Source: Pelagibacteraceae bacterium AG-430-F16
Lineage (GTDB): Bacteria > Pseudomonadota > Alphaproteobacteria > Pelagibacterales > Pelagibacteraceae
Reading direction: 5' to 3'
DNA: 64,000 bases
Assembly (NCBI GenBank): GCA_003213015.1
Contig: QCOG01000004.1
Location: 13,486-77,485, forward strand
Below, piece after piece: positions 1 through 11,102 of this stretch; the first letter of the stretch is position 1, and every line of letters starts with the position of its first letter. The notes under the pieces were generated by a model. It saw only the letters and a program-made list of their open reading frames with translations. It had not been told where the DNA came from and searched no databases. The position numbers and the translations under genes are program-made.

Positions 1-1
1 C

Positions 2-298
2 ACAACCACAAGATGACTTGCTCTGGGGATTGTTTATTGTGAATTGCTGCCCAATAAGCTCCTTAGAAAAATCAACTTCTGAACCCTTCAACATATCCGC
101 TGATGTTTTGTCGATCAAAATATTATTAAACACTAGATCATCCTCATTCTTAGCTTTATCGAATGAAAAATCATACTGAAAACCTGAACATCCTCCTCCT
201 TTAATAGCGATTCTAAAAAAAGAACCTTTTTCTTTTTTATCAAGAAGGTAATTGATTTGTTTTATAGCATTATCTGTAAATATAATTTCTTTATTCAT
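2..298 (-). CDS. erpA: Fe-S cluster insertion protein ErpA/IscA (HesB family), 3' end cut by the window edge
   Basis: Manual translation from ATG at 298: MNKEIIFTDNAIKQI...KGGGCSGFQYDF...NPQSKSSCGC; GCSG and SSCGC motifs of A-type carriers. Not in the ORF track. Confidence 0.9.
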   Translation of the reverse strand, partial: MNKEIIFTDNAIKQINYLLDKKEKGSFFRIAIKGGGCSGFQYDFSFDKAKNEDDLVFNNILIDKTSADMLKGSEVDFSKELIGQQFTINNPQSKSSCGC

Positions 299-348
299 AA
301 TCAAACTAAGTTATTACTAATATAATTATATATTTTCTTTTTTAAAGT

Positions 349-1464
349 ATGAATAATTACAAAAAATTAGGTGTTTTTAAAAGCAAAGGTAGATTTTTTA
401 AGGACAAAATAAGCAAATACAGAAGCCCATTTCAAAGAGACAGGGACAGAATCATTCATAGTGCTTCATTTAGAAGATTAAAACACAAAACCCAAGTTTT
501 TGTAAATACTGATGGTGATCATTATAGAACAAGAATGACTCATTCCTTAGAAGTAGCACAAATTGCAAGATCAATATCTAAATATTTAAACTTCAATGAT
601 GATTTAGCCGAAACATTAAGTTTAGCACACGATCTTGGCCACACCCCTTTTGGTCATGCAGGTGAGGAAGTTTTAAATGATTGTATGAGTAACCATGGAG
701 GTTTTGATCATAATTTACAAACCTTAAGAATAGTAATGTTTATAGAAAAAAAATATATAGATTTTGATGGTTTAAATTTATCTTTTGAGACTTTAGACGG
801 TCTAATAAAACATAATGGACCAATCAAAGACTTATCTAAATTAGAAAATATTATTGGAATAAAATCGTTTAAAAATAAGTTTAAATTAAATAAATTTTCA
901 TGTTTAGAATCGCAGATTTCAAATATTGCAGATGACATTGCTTACAACAACCATGACATACAAGACGGTCTAAAAGCAGGCTTATTCACATTAGATGAAT
1001 TATTGGAAATCAATTTCTTTAAAGATATATATAAAAAATACAAAAATAAAAAAAAGATAGAATTACAAGTTTTGATACATCAAATAATCAGAGACTCTAT
1101 AGACCTAATGGTAAAAGACATAATAAATAATACAATTCAAAATATAAAAAAAAATAAGATTAAAAAGCTCAATAATGTTTTTGATAATAAGGACAAGACA
1201 GTTGAATTTTCAGATAAACTCAAGGATATTGATAACGATATAAGAAGTTTTTTAAGAAAAAATATGTATGACCACAAAGATGTTCAAAAAAAAAACAATG
1301 AAGGAAAAAAAATTGTGAATTTCTTGTTTAAAAAGCTTTACAGTAATACTGACAATAATTTTTCTATACAAAATTTTGACAAGGATAAAGCTAGATCAGT
1401 TGCGGACTTTATATCCGGAATGACAGATCGTTATGCAATAAATTTATATGAAGAATTAAAATAG
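349..1464 (+). CDS. dgt: Deoxyguanosinetriphosphate triphosphohydrolase (dGTPase)
   Basis: RSPFQRDRDRIIHS..FRRL..KTQV, RTRMTHSLEV and HD motif AHDLGH; usual erpA-dgt-argS synteny. Confidence 0.93.
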   Translation: MNNYKKLGVFKSKGRFFKDKISKYRSPFQRDRDRIIHSASFRRLKHKTQVFVNTDGDHYRTRMTHSLEVAQIARSISKYLNFNDDLAETLSLAHDLGHTPFGHAGEEVLNDCMSNHGGFDHNLQTLRIVMFIEKKYIDFDGLNLSFETLDGLIKHNGPIKDLSKLENIIGIKSFKNKFKLNKFSCLESQISNIADDIAYNNHDIQDGLKAGLFTLDELLEINFFKDIYKKYKNKKKIELQVLIHQIIRDSIDLMVKDIINNTIQNIKKNKIKKLNNVFDNKDKTVEFSDKLKDIDNDIRSFLRKNMYDHKDVQKKNNEGKKIVNFLFKKLYSNTDNNFSIQNFDKDKARSVADFISGMTDRYAINLYEELK

Positions 1465-3192
1465 ATGAACATTTTTGATCATTATCACAACTCTTTATTA
1501 AAAGGTCTTAAAGAATTTGAAAAAAAGGGGGCAATTAAAATCCCAGAAAAAACTAATAGTATTAGTGTAGAGGTTCCACCTGAAAAGTTTGATGCTGATA
1601 TTTCAACAAACGTTTGTATGGTTTTGTCAGGTATTAATAAAAGTAAACCAAAAGATATATATGAAAATTATGTATCAAAACTTTTGAGTAAAGACGATAA
1701 TTTAGAAAACTTTGAAATTGTAAATCCTGGTTTTGTAAATTTAAAATTTAAAAAGAAATTTTGGAACTCTTTTTTAGAAAAAATTGTTCAATTAAAAGAA
1801 TATGGATCAAATAAGAATGAAAAAACTAGAAAATATTTAGTTGAATTCGTATCAGCTAATCCAACCGGACCATTACATGTAGGCCACTGTAGAGGAGCCG
1901 TATTCGGTGATGTCCTTTCAAATCTACTAAAATTTAATAATCATAATGTTACAAAAGAATATTACATAAATGATCACGGTAATCAGATAACAAATTTTAC
2001 TCATTCGGTCTTTTACAGAATTTTAGAATTAAAACACAAAAAAAAATTTCCTGATGATGAAAATCTTTATCCTGGTGAATATATAAAAGAAATTGCACAA
2101 AATATTATATCAAATTCTAAAATTGACAAGTTTGATGAGTTGGAACCAATTTATGATGAATTACAAAAACTTTGTATTGAAAATTCACTTTTAATCATAA
2201 AGTCTAATTTAAAGAAGATAGGTATTGTTCATGATAATTTTGTAAGTGAAAAAAGCATAATCGGAAATAAAGAAGTTGAAAAAGCTTTAAAAAAACTAAA
2301 AGAGCAAGATTTAGTTTTTGAAGGAAAAATTGAGGCGCCTCAAGGAGAGAAGAAAAAAATTTCTGAAACTAGAAATCAATTATTGTTTAGATCAACAGAG
2401 TTTGGTGATGATAAAGATAGGGCTTTAAAAAAAGGTGATGATAGTTGGACATACTTCGCTGGAGATCTTGCATACCATAACAATAAAATCAGTAGAAATT
2501 TTGATATACTCATAAATATTCTTGGAGCCGATCATTCTGGTTATATTAAAAGAATAAGTTCTGTTGTAGATGCCTTATCAAAAAATAAGCAAAAAATGGA
2601 ATGTAAAGTAACTCAATTAGTAAAACTTATAAAAGATAACAAACCATTTAAAATGTCAAAGAGGAAAGGTGATTATATTACTCTTGAAGATTTAATAAAT
2701 GAAGTAGGAAAAGATGCGGCTAGATTTATTATGTTAAGTAGAGTGAGTGATGTCGAATTAGAATTTGACTTTGAAAAGGTAAAACTTAAATCTAAAGACA
2801 ATCCTTTGTATTATGTACAATATTCTTATGCTAGAATTTGTTCAATTTTTTCAAATTCAAAAACACCAATTAATAATGATTATAAAAATTTAGATAAAAA
2901 TTTTGAATTTAACGATGAAGAAATTAAGATTATAAGAAAACTTTCAGAATGGCCAAAATGCATAGAAACTTCTATAAATAAATTAGAACCACACCGACTG
3001 ACAACATATTTATATCAGTTAGCATCTATTTTTCATTCATACTGGAATATGGGAAGAGATAGTGAAGATTTCAGATTTTTAGATCAGGATAAGAAAATTG
3101 AAACGAATAAAGCAGTCTTGTTAAATTGTATTCTATTAGTGATAAAAAATGGTATGGAAATTATCGGAGTTGATACACCGGAAAATATGTAA
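1465..3192 (+). CDS. argS: Arginyl-tRNA synthetase
   Basis: VEFVSANPTGPLHVGH (HIGH), KMSKRKG, YVQYSYARICS. Confidence 0.97.
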   Translation: MNIFDHYHNSLLKGLKEFEKKGAIKIPEKTNSISVEVPPEKFDADISTNVCMVLSGINKSKPKDIYENYVSKLLSKDDNLENFEIVNPGFVNLKFKKKFWNSFLEKIVQLKEYGSNKNEKTRKYLVEFVSANPTGPLHVGHCRGAVFGDVLSNLLKFNNHNVTKEYYINDHGNQITNFTHSVFYRILELKHKKKFPDDENLYPGEYIKEIAQNIISNSKIDKFDELEPIYDELQKLCIENSLLIIKSNLKKIGIVHDNFVSEKSIIGNKEVEKALKKLKEQDLVFEGKIEAPQGEKKKISETRNQLLFRSTEFGDDKDRALKKGDDSWTYFAGDLAYHNNKISRNFDILINILGADHSGYIKRISSVVDALSKNKQKMECKVTQLVKLIKDNKPFKMSKRKGDYITLEDLINEVGKDAARFIMLSRVSDVELEFDFEKVKLKSKDNPLYYVQYSYARICSIFSNSKTPINNDYKNLDKNFEFNDEEIKIIRKLSEWPKCIETSINKLEPHRLTTYLYQLASIFHSYWNMGRDSEDFRFLDQDKKIETNKAVLLNCILLVIKNGMEIIGVDTPENM

Positions 3193-3446
3193 TGATAAAA
3201 GAATTAAGATATTTGCTAATTATATTTTTTATCTTAATATTTTTTTTCCTAACAATTAAATACTATTTATCAGATGAACATAAGAAAAAATATTATAGAA
3301 CTGTCAACGAAATCAACAATAACTTAAGTATAGATGATCAAAATATACCTATACTAAAAAATGACACTCAAGATATAATTACTTACGTTGATGATAAAAA
3401 TGAAAAGACGAAACCTTTTTCATTCTGGAAACTTTTAAATGAATAA
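3192..3446 (+). CDS. Small hypothetical protein with one N-terminal transmembrane helix
   Basis: 84 aa, translationally coupled to argS and nagZ; hydrophobic N-terminus. Confidence 0.7.
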   Translation: MIKELRYLLIIFFILIFFFLTIKYYLSDEHKKKYYRTVNEINNNLSIDDQNIPILKNDTQDIITYVDDKNEKTKPFSFWKLLNE

Positions 3447-4401
3447 TCTTAAATCAAGAAGAGCTTTTATAGTTGGATTAAGCTCGACTAAAATAACAAA
3501 TAAAGAAAGACTTTTTTTGAGAAAATATAAACCTTGGGGTGTAATTTTATTTGCAAGAAATATCAAATCAGTTGATCAGACTAAAAAACTTACCAATGAT
3601 ATAAAAAAAATTTTTAAAGATCCAAAATATCCAATTTTAATAGATGAAGAGGGTGGCATGGTAACTAGAATTAGATCTATAATTGACAACAGTCATTTTC
3701 CTGCAAAATACTTTGGTGATAATTATAAAAAAAATAAAACAAAATCTTTGCTTTATCTAAGAACTTACATCAAACAAATTAGTCATTTGTTAAGATATAT
3801 GGGGATTAGCATCAACACGGTGCCTGTTTTGGATATTCCCAGATCATTTACATCAAAGGTTATTGGCACTAGAGCAATTTCGAAAGACATAAATGTAATT
3901 AATAAAATTGGTGAAAAAACAATAGAACATTTTAAAGAAGCGCATATTGCAACTGTAATAAAACATATTCCTGGTCATGGATTAGCAAAATCAGACAGCC
4001 ACTTAAAATTACCTATTGTAGACAAGACTTATGAATATTTAATGAAAAATGATTTTAAAACTTTTAAAAATAAAAAATCATTATTTGCAATGACAGCCCA
4101 TATTCTATTTAAGAAAATTGATGCAAATAATCCTGTAACCCATTCATCCAAGATTATTGGTATTATTAAAAAAAAGATAAAGTTTAAGAATTTAATAATT
4201 AGCGATGATATTTCGATGAAAGCATTAAAATTTAATATTACTTTAAATACTAGTAAAGCATTTACTGCAGGTTGTGATTTAGTTCTTCATTGTAACGGAA
4301 AAATCAAAGAAATGACCAAAGTTGCTGAAAATTCAAAAAAATTAAATAAATTTATAATCGAAAAGACTTTAAAATATTATAGATTAGTAGGTAATGATTA
4401 A
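3439..4401 (+). CDS. nagZ: Beta-N-acetylhexosaminidase (GH3)
   Basis: GVILFARN, IDEEGG.V.R, KHIPGHG...DSH, IISDD.SM.A. Confidence 0.93.
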   Translation: MNNLKSRRAFIVGLSSTKITNKERLFLRKYKPWGVILFARNIKSVDQTKKLTNDIKKIFKDPKYPILIDEEGGMVTRIRSIIDNSHFPAKYFGDNYKKNKTKSLLYLRTYIKQISHLLRYMGISINTVPVLDIPRSFTSKVIGTRAISKDINVINKIGEKTIEHFKEAHIATVIKHIPGHGLAKSDSHLKLPIVDKTYEYLMKNDFKTFKNKKSLFAMTAHILFKKIDANNPVTHSSKIIGIIKKKIKFKNLIISDDISMKALKFNITLNTSKAFTAGCDLVLHCNGKIKEMTKVAENSKKLNKFIIEKTLKYYRLVGND

Positions 4402-5128
4402 TCAAAGTAATGCATTTAACGTAAACCTAAATCAGTTTAGCGGTCCACTTGATTTATTGTTGGATTTAGCCAAATCCCAAAAAGTAAAAATTGAAGATAT
4501 ATCGATAACAAAACTAGCAGATCAATTTTTAGAATATATTTCAAAAGCAGAAAAATTAAATTTAGATATTGCCTCAGAATATCTAGTTATGGCTTCATGG
4601 TTAGCTTATTTGAAATCAAAACTTTTATTACCACAAACGGAGGAAGACGAATTTAAAGTTGATGAAGTAGCAGAAAAATTAAAACTACAATTAAAAAAGT
4701 TAGAATTAATCAGACTACTTTCAGATCAAATGCTTAAGAAAAAAAGATTAGGAAGAGACATCTTTATGAGAGGTATTAAAGGTAAAATTAAATCTATATA
4801 TAGCGAAAAATACTCAGTAAATTTATATGACTTACTTAAATCTTATTCGACTATTTATATGCAGAAGGATTTTCAAAAAATTAATATTCCAAAACTTCCA
4901 GTTTTTACCACAGAAGATGGAATAAACAGAATTAAAAGATTTCTTAGTAACTTAAATGACTGGAAAAATATAAGTGCACTATATCCAGAGAATTTTATGA
5001 AATCTAAAGATCAGAAAAAAACTGGCATAGCCGGTCTTTTTGCTGGTTCCTTAGAGCTAGTTAAAGAAGGAAATCTACAGATTAAACAAGAGAAAATATT
5101 TGATGACATATTTATTAAAAAAACATGA
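4394..5128 (+). CDS. scpA: Segregation and condensation protein A
   Basis: F.GPLDLLLDL, ASEYLVMASWLAYLKSKLLLP, LELVKEG. Confidence 0.93.
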   Translation: MINQSNAFNVNLNQFSGPLDLLLDLAKSQKVKIEDISITKLADQFLEYISKAEKLNLDIASEYLVMASWLAYLKSKLLLPQTEEDEFKVDEVAEKLKLQLKKLELIRLLSDQMLKKKRLGRDIFMRGIKGKIKSIYSEKYSVNLYDLLKSYSTIYMQKDFQKINIPKLPVFTTEDGINRIKRFLSNLNDWKNISALYPENFMKSKDQKKTGIAGLFAGSLELVKEGNLQIKQEKIFDDIFIKKT

Positions 5129-5823
5129 AAAACGAAAAAAAAAATAACAATATAATTAATTTTCCAAATAGTTTAACAAATGGAGAAAGAGAAGTTGAAG
5201 CAATCCTATTTGCAGCTTCAGAACCGCTTGAAATTGAAAGTATTGAAGCAAGATTAAATAAAAAAGTTGATGTTAAAAAAATTTTAAAAAAACTAGAGAA
5301 AATTTACGAAAATCGTGGTTTTAATTTAGTTTGCATATCTAATAAATGGTCTTTTAGAACTTCATCAAATTTATCTTCATTAATGACTCAACAAAAAAAA
5401 GTTGAAAAAAAATTATCCAAAGCATCAATAGAAACTTTATCTATTATTGTTTATCACCAACCAGTTACTAGAGCAGAGATTGAAGAAATACGTGGAGTTG
5501 CTTTTGGAGTAAATACTTTAGATATTTTAATGGAATTAAATTGGGTAAAACCTATGGGTAGAAAAGATGTACCAGGTAAACCAATTCAATATGGTACAAC
5601 AGATGATTTCTTAAGCCACTTCAATATTAAAAAATTATCTGATTTGCCTACAATAGAGGAGTTAAGTTCCGCAGGCCTAATCGACAGCTCAAATATTGAT
5701 TCTGCGATTTTTGGAACAGGCAAATTTTATCAAGAGAAAGAAGATGAAAAGAAAGAAAATATTTATACTGAAATAGACGATATGCTAAGTAGTACGTTAG
5801 ATAAAGAAAACGATGATAAGTAA
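5125..5823 (+). CDS. scpB: Segregation and condensation protein B
   Basis: VEAILFAA, LSKASIETLSIIVYHQPVTRAEIEEIRGV, PGKPIQYGTTDDFL. Confidence 0.94.
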   Translation: MKNEKKNNNIINFPNSLTNGEREVEAILFAASEPLEIESIEARLNKKVDVKKILKKLEKIYENRGFNLVCISNKWSFRTSSNLSSLMTQQKKVEKKLSKASIETLSIIVYHQPVTRAEIEEIRGVAFGVNTLDILMELNWVKPMGRKDVPGKPIQYGTTDDFLSHFNIKKLSDLPTIEELSSAGLIDSSNIDSAIFGTGKFYQEKEDEKKENIYTEIDDMLSSTLDKENDDK

Positions 5824-5866
5824 ATTATTACTTTTAAATTATTAATAAACGAGCTATAAATAACTA

Positions 5867-6079
5867 ATGAGTATAGGTTTTTGGCAAATTGCAATAGTTG
5901 TTATCCTAGTAGTCTTACTATTTGGCAGAGGTAAAATCTCTAGTCTTATGGGTGATGTAGCTAAAGGTATTAAAAGTTTTAAAAAAGGTATGGCACAGGA
6001 TCCAACTGATGATCAGGCGAAAAACATCACTGAGAATAACGATCAGACTAATAATCAAGATCCAAATAATAAAGAATAA
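5867..6079 (+). CDS. tatA: Twin-arginine translocase subunit TatA
   Basis: [28 protein letters not shown]. Confidence 0.95.
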   Translation: MSIGFWQIAIVVILVVLLFGRGKISSLMGDVAKGIKSFKKGMAQDPTDDQAKNITENNDQTNNQDPNNKE

Positions 6080-6082
6080 TCA

Positions 6083-6319
6083 ATGCCACAAATTGGCTGG
6101 TTTGAATTACTGTTAATAATTGGTCTAGCAGTAGTAATAATTGGTCCAAAAGATTTTCCAATCGTTTTAAAAAAAATTGGAAGTTGGTTTGGTTCAATCA
6201 AAAGATATATAAGCGCTGTTCAATCAGAAGTTTCCAATCTTGAGGAAAATACTCTTGATTACGAAAATAAAGAAAACAAAGATAAAAAGGAAGACCTAAA
6301 GAAAGATGAGTCAAAATAA
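6083..6319 (+). CDS. tatB: Twin-arginine translocase subunit TatB
   Basis: IGWFELLLI...IIGPKDFP; between tatA and tatC. Confidence 0.92.
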   Translation: MPQIGWFELLLIIGLAVVIIGPKDFPIVLKKIGSWFGSIKRYISAVQSEVSNLEENTLDYENKENKDKKEDLKKDESK

Positions 6320-7067
6320 AGACGAAGGTTTTATTAGTCATTTGACTGAATTAAGAAAAAGATTAATTCAATCTTTTGTTTGTTTATTAGTTTTATTTGT
6401 CATTTGTTATATTTTTTCTGAAGAAATATATAATTTTCTTGTAGCTCCTTATGCTGAGGCCGTAAAGAATGGTGAAATACAAAGAAGATTAATCTTTACT
6501 GCATTACAAGAAACTTTTTTAACTTACATTAAAGTATCTTTTTTTACTGCATTCTTTTTTACTAGTCCTTTTATATTAATTCAAATTTGGAAGTTTATTG
6601 CTCCAGGTTTATATGAACATGAAAAGTCTGCAATCATGCCTTATTTAGTTGTAACTCCAATCTTATTTCTTTTAGGTGGAATGCTGGTTTATTATTTAAT
6701 TATGCCTTTAGCGATTAAATTTTTCTTATCATTTGAGAGCACTGGTATAACTACATCATTACCAATACAACTTGAAGCTAAAGTGAACGAATATCTCTCA
6801 CTAGTTATGAAATTAATTTTTGCTTTTGGATTAAGTTTTCAATTACCTGTTGTGTTGTCATTATTAGCAAGAGTTGGTTTTGTAGACTCTGAGTTCCTTA
6901 AAACTAGAAGAAAGTACGTTGTGATTATTATTTTTACAGCTGCCGCAATACTTACTCCACCAGATCCAATCACACAAATTGGTTTAGCAATTCCATTATT
7001 AATTTTATATGAATTATCTATAATTTCAGTAAGAATGATTGAAAAAAAAGTAGAAGAAAATGCATGA
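6306..7067 (+). CDS. tatC: Twin-arginine translocase subunit TatC
   Basis: SHLTELRKRL, QIWKFIAPGLY..E, TPPDP. Confidence 0.96.
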   Translation: MSQNKDEGFISHLTELRKRLIQSFVCLLVLFVICYIFSEEIYNFLVAPYAEAVKNGEIQRRLIFTALQETFLTYIKVSFFTAFFFTSPFILIQIWKFIAPGLYEHEKSAIMPYLVVTPILFLLGGMLVYYLIMPLAIKFFLSFESTGITTSLPIQLEAKVNEYLSLVMKLIFAFGLSFQLPVVLSLLARVGFVDSEFLKTRRKYVVIIIFTAAAILTPPDPITQIGLAIPLLILYELSIISVRMIEKKVEENA

Positions 7068-8316
7068 TATAAAAGAAATTAGAGAAAATTTAAAAGAATT
7101 TTCAAATCAAATAAAAAAAAGAAATGTTGATATAAAGTTTGATGAAATTTTAGAATTAGACAAAGAAAATAGGTCTTTAATTCAAGAAAAAGAAAAATTA
7201 GAGTCTGAAAAAAAATCTATTTCAAAAAGTAAGGATAAATCTTTATTTCAAAAATCTAAAGAACTTACTGACAAAATAAGTACTCTTCAAACAAAGCAAC
7301 TGTCAATAAGCCAAAAATTAATTGAGCTATTATCATCTATACCTAATACACCATTATCAAGTGTACCAGAGGGTAAGGACGAGACTTCAAATAAAGAAGT
7401 TGAAAAAAAAGGTACTATTGAAGAAAGTGAATTTAAAATTAAGTCTCACTATGAAGTAGGTGAAAATCTAAATATGCTAGATTTTGATCTTGCCACAAAG
7501 ACTTCTGGATCAAGATTTGTATTTGTAAAAAACAAACTTGCAAAATTGGAAAGAGCTTTATCAAATTTTATGATTGATGTTCATACGAAAGAAAATGGTT
7601 ACGAGGAGATATCTCCACCACTACTCGCTAACTTTGATACCATGTTTGGCACTGGACAACTTCCTAAATTTGAGTCTGATCAATTTGAAATAAAAATTGA
7701 TGATAACAATAGAAAATTTTTAATCCCAACCGCAGAAGTTATTTTAACTAATATGGCAAGAGAAAAAACTCTTGATATAAAAGATTTACCCTTAAGATAT
7801 GTTGCATCTACTCCTTGCTTTAGAAAAGAAGCTGGAAGCTATGGCAAAGACACAAAAGGAATGATTAGGCAGCACCAATTTTATAAAGTTGAACTGGTAA
7901 GCTTGGTAGAGCCTAAAAAATGTGAAGTGGAGTTAGAGAGAATGACTAAATGTGCATCAGGAATTTTAGATAAACTGAAACTGCCTTATAAAATTGTTGA
8001 GTTATGTACGGGTGATATGGGTTTTAGTGCTCAAAAAACTTATGACATTGAAGTTTGGGTGCCCTCAGAAAAAAAATATAGAGAAATTTCTAGTTGTTCA
8101 ACATGCGGAACTTTTCAAGCTAGAAGAATGAAAGCCAAATATAAAAATTCGAAAAATGAAAAAAATTTTATAGGTACATTAAATGGAAGCGGACTTGCAA
8201 TTGGAAGAACTATGATTGCGATCATGGAGAATTACCAAGACAAAGATGGATCAATTATAATACCTGATGTATTAAAACCATTCATGGATAATATTGATAA
8301 AATTACATCGAATTAG
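7060..8316 (+). CDS. serS: Seryl-tRNA synthetase
   Basis: LIPTAEV, CFRKEAGSYGKDTKGMIRQHQF, TLNGSGLAIGRT. Confidence 0.97.
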   Translation: MHDIKEIRENLKEFSNQIKKRNVDIKFDEILELDKENRSLIQEKEKLESEKKSISKSKDKSLFQKSKELTDKISTLQTKQLSISQKLIELLSSIPNTPLSSVPEGKDETSNKEVEKKGTIEESEFKIKSHYEVGENLNMLDFDLATKTSGSRFVFVKNKLAKLERALSNFMIDVHTKENGYEEISPPLLANFDTMFGTGQLPKFESDQFEIKIDDNNRKFLIPTAEVILTNMAREKTLDIKDLPLRYVASTPCFRKEAGSYGKDTKGMIRQHQFYKVELVSLVEPKKCEVELERMTKCASGILDKLKLPYKIVELCTGDMGFSAQKTYDIEVWVPSEKKYREISSCSTCGTFQARRMKAKYKNSKNEKNFIGTLNGSGLAIGRTMIAIMENYQDKDGSIIIPDVLKPFMDNIDKITSN

Positions 8317-8361
8317 GAGTTGTGTTAATTAATCTAATAGTATAAAAACCAATCTATTATT

Positions 8362-8649
8362 ATGTCTGAATCAGGATTTGCACAATTAATACCTTTAATA
8401 TTAATTTTTGTTATTTTTTATTTTTTCTTAATAAGACCACAGCAAAAAAAAGTTAAAGAACACAAGTTGATGGTCGAAAACTTAAAAAGAGGTGACAAAG
8501 TCATTACCTCTGGTGGAATCATAGGTACTGTCGAGAGAATTATTGACGGCGATAAAGCAGAAATTTCTATAACTGATAATGTCAAAGTTGAAGTTATCAA
8601 ATCTACAGGTATTCAAGCTCTAATAAATAATACTGACCAAAAAAAATAA
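8362..8649 (+). CDS. yajC: Preprotein translocase subunit YajC
   Basis: FYFFLIRPQQKK, LKRGDKVITSGGIIG. Confidence 0.95.
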   Translation: MSESGFAQLIPLILIFVIFYFFLIRPQQKKVKEHKLMVENLKRGDKVITSGGIIGTVERIIDGDKAEISITDNVKVEVIKSTGIQALINNTDQKK

Positions 8650-8655
8650 TTTTAA

Positions 8656-10209
8656 GTGTTATATTTTTCAAAACTGAAGATCACTTTGATAGTACTATTC
8701 ACTGTTTTTATGGTGATGGTCTCATCATCAAATTTTTTAGATTTAGATTTAGATAAACAAAAAAAAATTAAATTAGGTTTAGATCTTCAAGGTGGTTCTT
8801 ATTTGTTATTAGAACTTGATAATGAACCAGTAATTAAACAAAAATTACAATCAAAATTATTAGAAATTAAAGATTATTTAAAAAAAAATAAAATTAAAAT
8901 CTTAAGTTTAAAACTTGATGACAAATTAATAAGGCTTAAAGTTTTCAATGATGATGTTGAAAAGGTTGATGAAATATTTAATGATAAAGAAAGCACGATC
9001 AATCCTTATTTTTTTCAATACAAAGCTCACCAATTAGATGTTAAGATTAATGGTAATGTTTTTAATTTAGAGCTAAGCAAATATGGAATTATCCAGATCA
9101 AAAATTCATCATTAGATCAAGCAATAGAGATCGTTCGAAAAAGGGTAGATGAAGTTGGTACCAATGAGCCAAATATTTTAAAAAGAGGAAATGATAGAAT
9201 TTTACTTGAGCTCCCAGGTCTTGATAATCCAGACAGGATTAAATCTTTATTAGGGAAAACTGCAGATCTTGCATTTAGACTTGAGTCTAAGAGTTCAAAC
9301 GAGTCTTTTGGCACCGAAAAACTTAAATTAATAGAAACGGGTGAGGAACTATTATTAAGCAAAAGGGTTATTATAAGTGGAGATAATTTAGTTGATGCAA
9401 GTCCTCGAATGGACTCAATAAATAATCAAACGGTTGTTAGTTTTACACTTGATAGAGTTGGGTCTAAAAGATTTGCTAAAGCAACTAAAAGAAATATAGG
9501 TACGCGCCTAGCCATAGTTCTTGATGGTCAAATAATAAGTGCTCCAGTGATAAGAGATGTAATTGCAGGAGGATCAGGACAAATAAGTGGAGGTTTTACT
9601 TTTCAATCTGCGACTGACCTAGCCTTACTTTTAAGATCTGGTGCCTTACCAGCTCCATTAAATATCATCGAAGAAAGAACAGTAGGACCTGATTTAGGAC
9701 AAGATTCTATTAATGCAGGAATACTTTCACTCATAATAGGATTTTTATTAGTCATCGGGTTTATGACGTTAAAATATAGAATTTTTGGTATCATTGCAAA
9801 TTTTACGCTAATTATTAATTTGATTTTACTAATCAGTATTTTAACATTATTAGAAGCAACTCTAACTCTTCCTGGTATTGCTGGAATAATTTTAACTGTT
9901 GGAATGGCAGTGGATGCAAATGTCTTAATTTTTGAAAGAATAAAAGAAGAAACAAGTAAAGAAAAAAATAATCTAATAGCTTTTGATAATGGATACTCAA
10001 AATCAAAAATAACGATTTTAGATGCAAACATAACAACAATAATAGCGGCAATAATTCTGTTTGTTTTTGGATCAGGGCCTGTCAAAGGATTTTCAATTAC
10101 ACTATGTGTTGGAATATTAACAACTCTATTTTCAGTTTTTTTTATCGCTCGATTACTTACCTCTATTTATGTAAAAATCAACAAACATAAGGAAATTATT
10201 ATAAAATGA
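8656..10209 (+). CDS. secD: Protein translocase subunit SecD (GTG start)
   Basis: LGLDLQGG, RVDEVG..EP, TVGPDLG, GMAVDANVLIFERIKEE. Confidence 0.96.
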   Translation: MLYFSKLKITLIVLFTVFMVMVSSSNFLDLDLDKQKKIKLGLDLQGGSYLLLELDNEPVIKQKLQSKLLEIKDYLKKNKIKILSLKLDDKLIRLKVFNDDVEKVDEIFNDKESTINPYFFQYKAHQLDVKINGNVFNLELSKYGIIQIKNSSLDQAIEIVRKRVDEVGTNEPNILKRGNDRILLELPGLDNPDRIKSLLGKTADLAFRLESKSSNESFGTEKLKLIETGEELLLSKRVIISGDNLVDASPRMDSINNQTVVSFTLDRVGSKRFAKATKRNIGTRLAIVLDGQIISAPVIRDVIAGGSGQISGGFTFQSATDLALLLRSGALPAPLNIIEERTVGPDLGQDSINAGILSLIIGFLLVIGFMTLKYRIFGIIANFTLIINLILLISILTLLEATLTLPGIAGIILTVGMAVDANVLIFERIKEETSKEKNNLIAFDNGYSKSKITILDANITTIIAAIILFVFGSGPVKGFSITLCVGILTTLFSVFFIARLLTSIYVKINKHKEIIIK

Positions 10210-11102
10210 AAAAGGATTATAAATTTAATCAATACTATAAGTCATTAAATGTATTTTCTATTGCACTGATATTACTTTCATTAATCTTTTTAATATTTAA
10301 AGGTTTGAATTATGGAGTTGATTTTAAAGGTGGAACTTTAATTGAAATACGTGTTGAGACTGAAAAACCTGATATTGAAGTTTTAAGATCTAATTTTAAC
10401 AAATTGAATTTAGGTAAGATTTCAATTAAAAATTTTGGGAGCGATAATGATTTTGTTGTTAAATTTAAAAGGGACGAACTTAATGATCCAGAGTTTATTG
10501 AAAATTTACAAAGAAATCTTTCACAAGAATTAACTCAAGATTTTTCTTTCAGAAGAGTTGAAAATGTAGGACCTAAAGTAAGTTCAGAATTACTAAAAGC
10601 TGGAGTAACTGCTATATGCTTATCGTTAATGGCAATGCTAATCTATATTTGGATACGTTTTGAGTGGCAATTTAGTGTTGGTGCAATAGCTGCTTTATTT
10701 CATGATGTTATTATTACGCTTGGAATTTTTTCAGCTTTAAGTTTAGAAATAAATTTGTCAATTGTAGCAGCTGTTTTAACTATTGTAGGTTATTCAATGA
10801 ACGATACTGTCGTAATTTATGACCGTGTGAGAGAAAATCTTAAAAAATATTCTGATATTAAGATATTTGATCTAACCAACTTATCAATAAATGAGACTTT
10901 ATCTCGTACCATAATTACCTCCTCAACAACTTTATTAGCCTTAGTTTCCATATTTTTATTTGGTGGAGAAATATTAAAAGGGTTTTCACTAGCTATGATT
11001 CTTGGCGTTATTCTAGGAACCTATTCCTCAATTTTTATAGCAAATCCACTTTTGGTTTCCTTTAAAGTTTCGCAAAAAACAGTTCTTAAAGAAGATAATT
11101 AA
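10206..11102 (+). CDS. secF: Protein translocase subunit SecF
   Basis: GVDFKGGT, VGPKVS.EL, GYSMNDTVVIYDRVREN. Confidence 0.96.
   Translation: MKKDYKFNQYYKSLNVFSIALILLSLIFLIFKGLNYGVDFKGGTLIEIRVETEKPDIEVLRSNFNKLNLGKISIKNFGSDNDFVVKFKRDELNDPEFIENLQRNLSQELTQDFSFRRVENVGPKVSSELLKAGVTAICLSLMAMLIYIWIRFEWQFSVGAIAALFHDVIITLGIFSALSLEINLSIVAAVLTIVGYSMNDTVVIYDRVRENLKKYSDIKIFDLTNLSINETLSRTIITSSTTLLALVSIFLFGGEILKGFSLAMILGVILGTYSSIFIANPLLVSFKVSQKTVLKEDN

Noticed and set aside
349-1464. dGTPase as an anti-phage defence gene
   Set aside because: It lies in the conserved housekeeping erpA-dgt-argS context with no defence neighbours.
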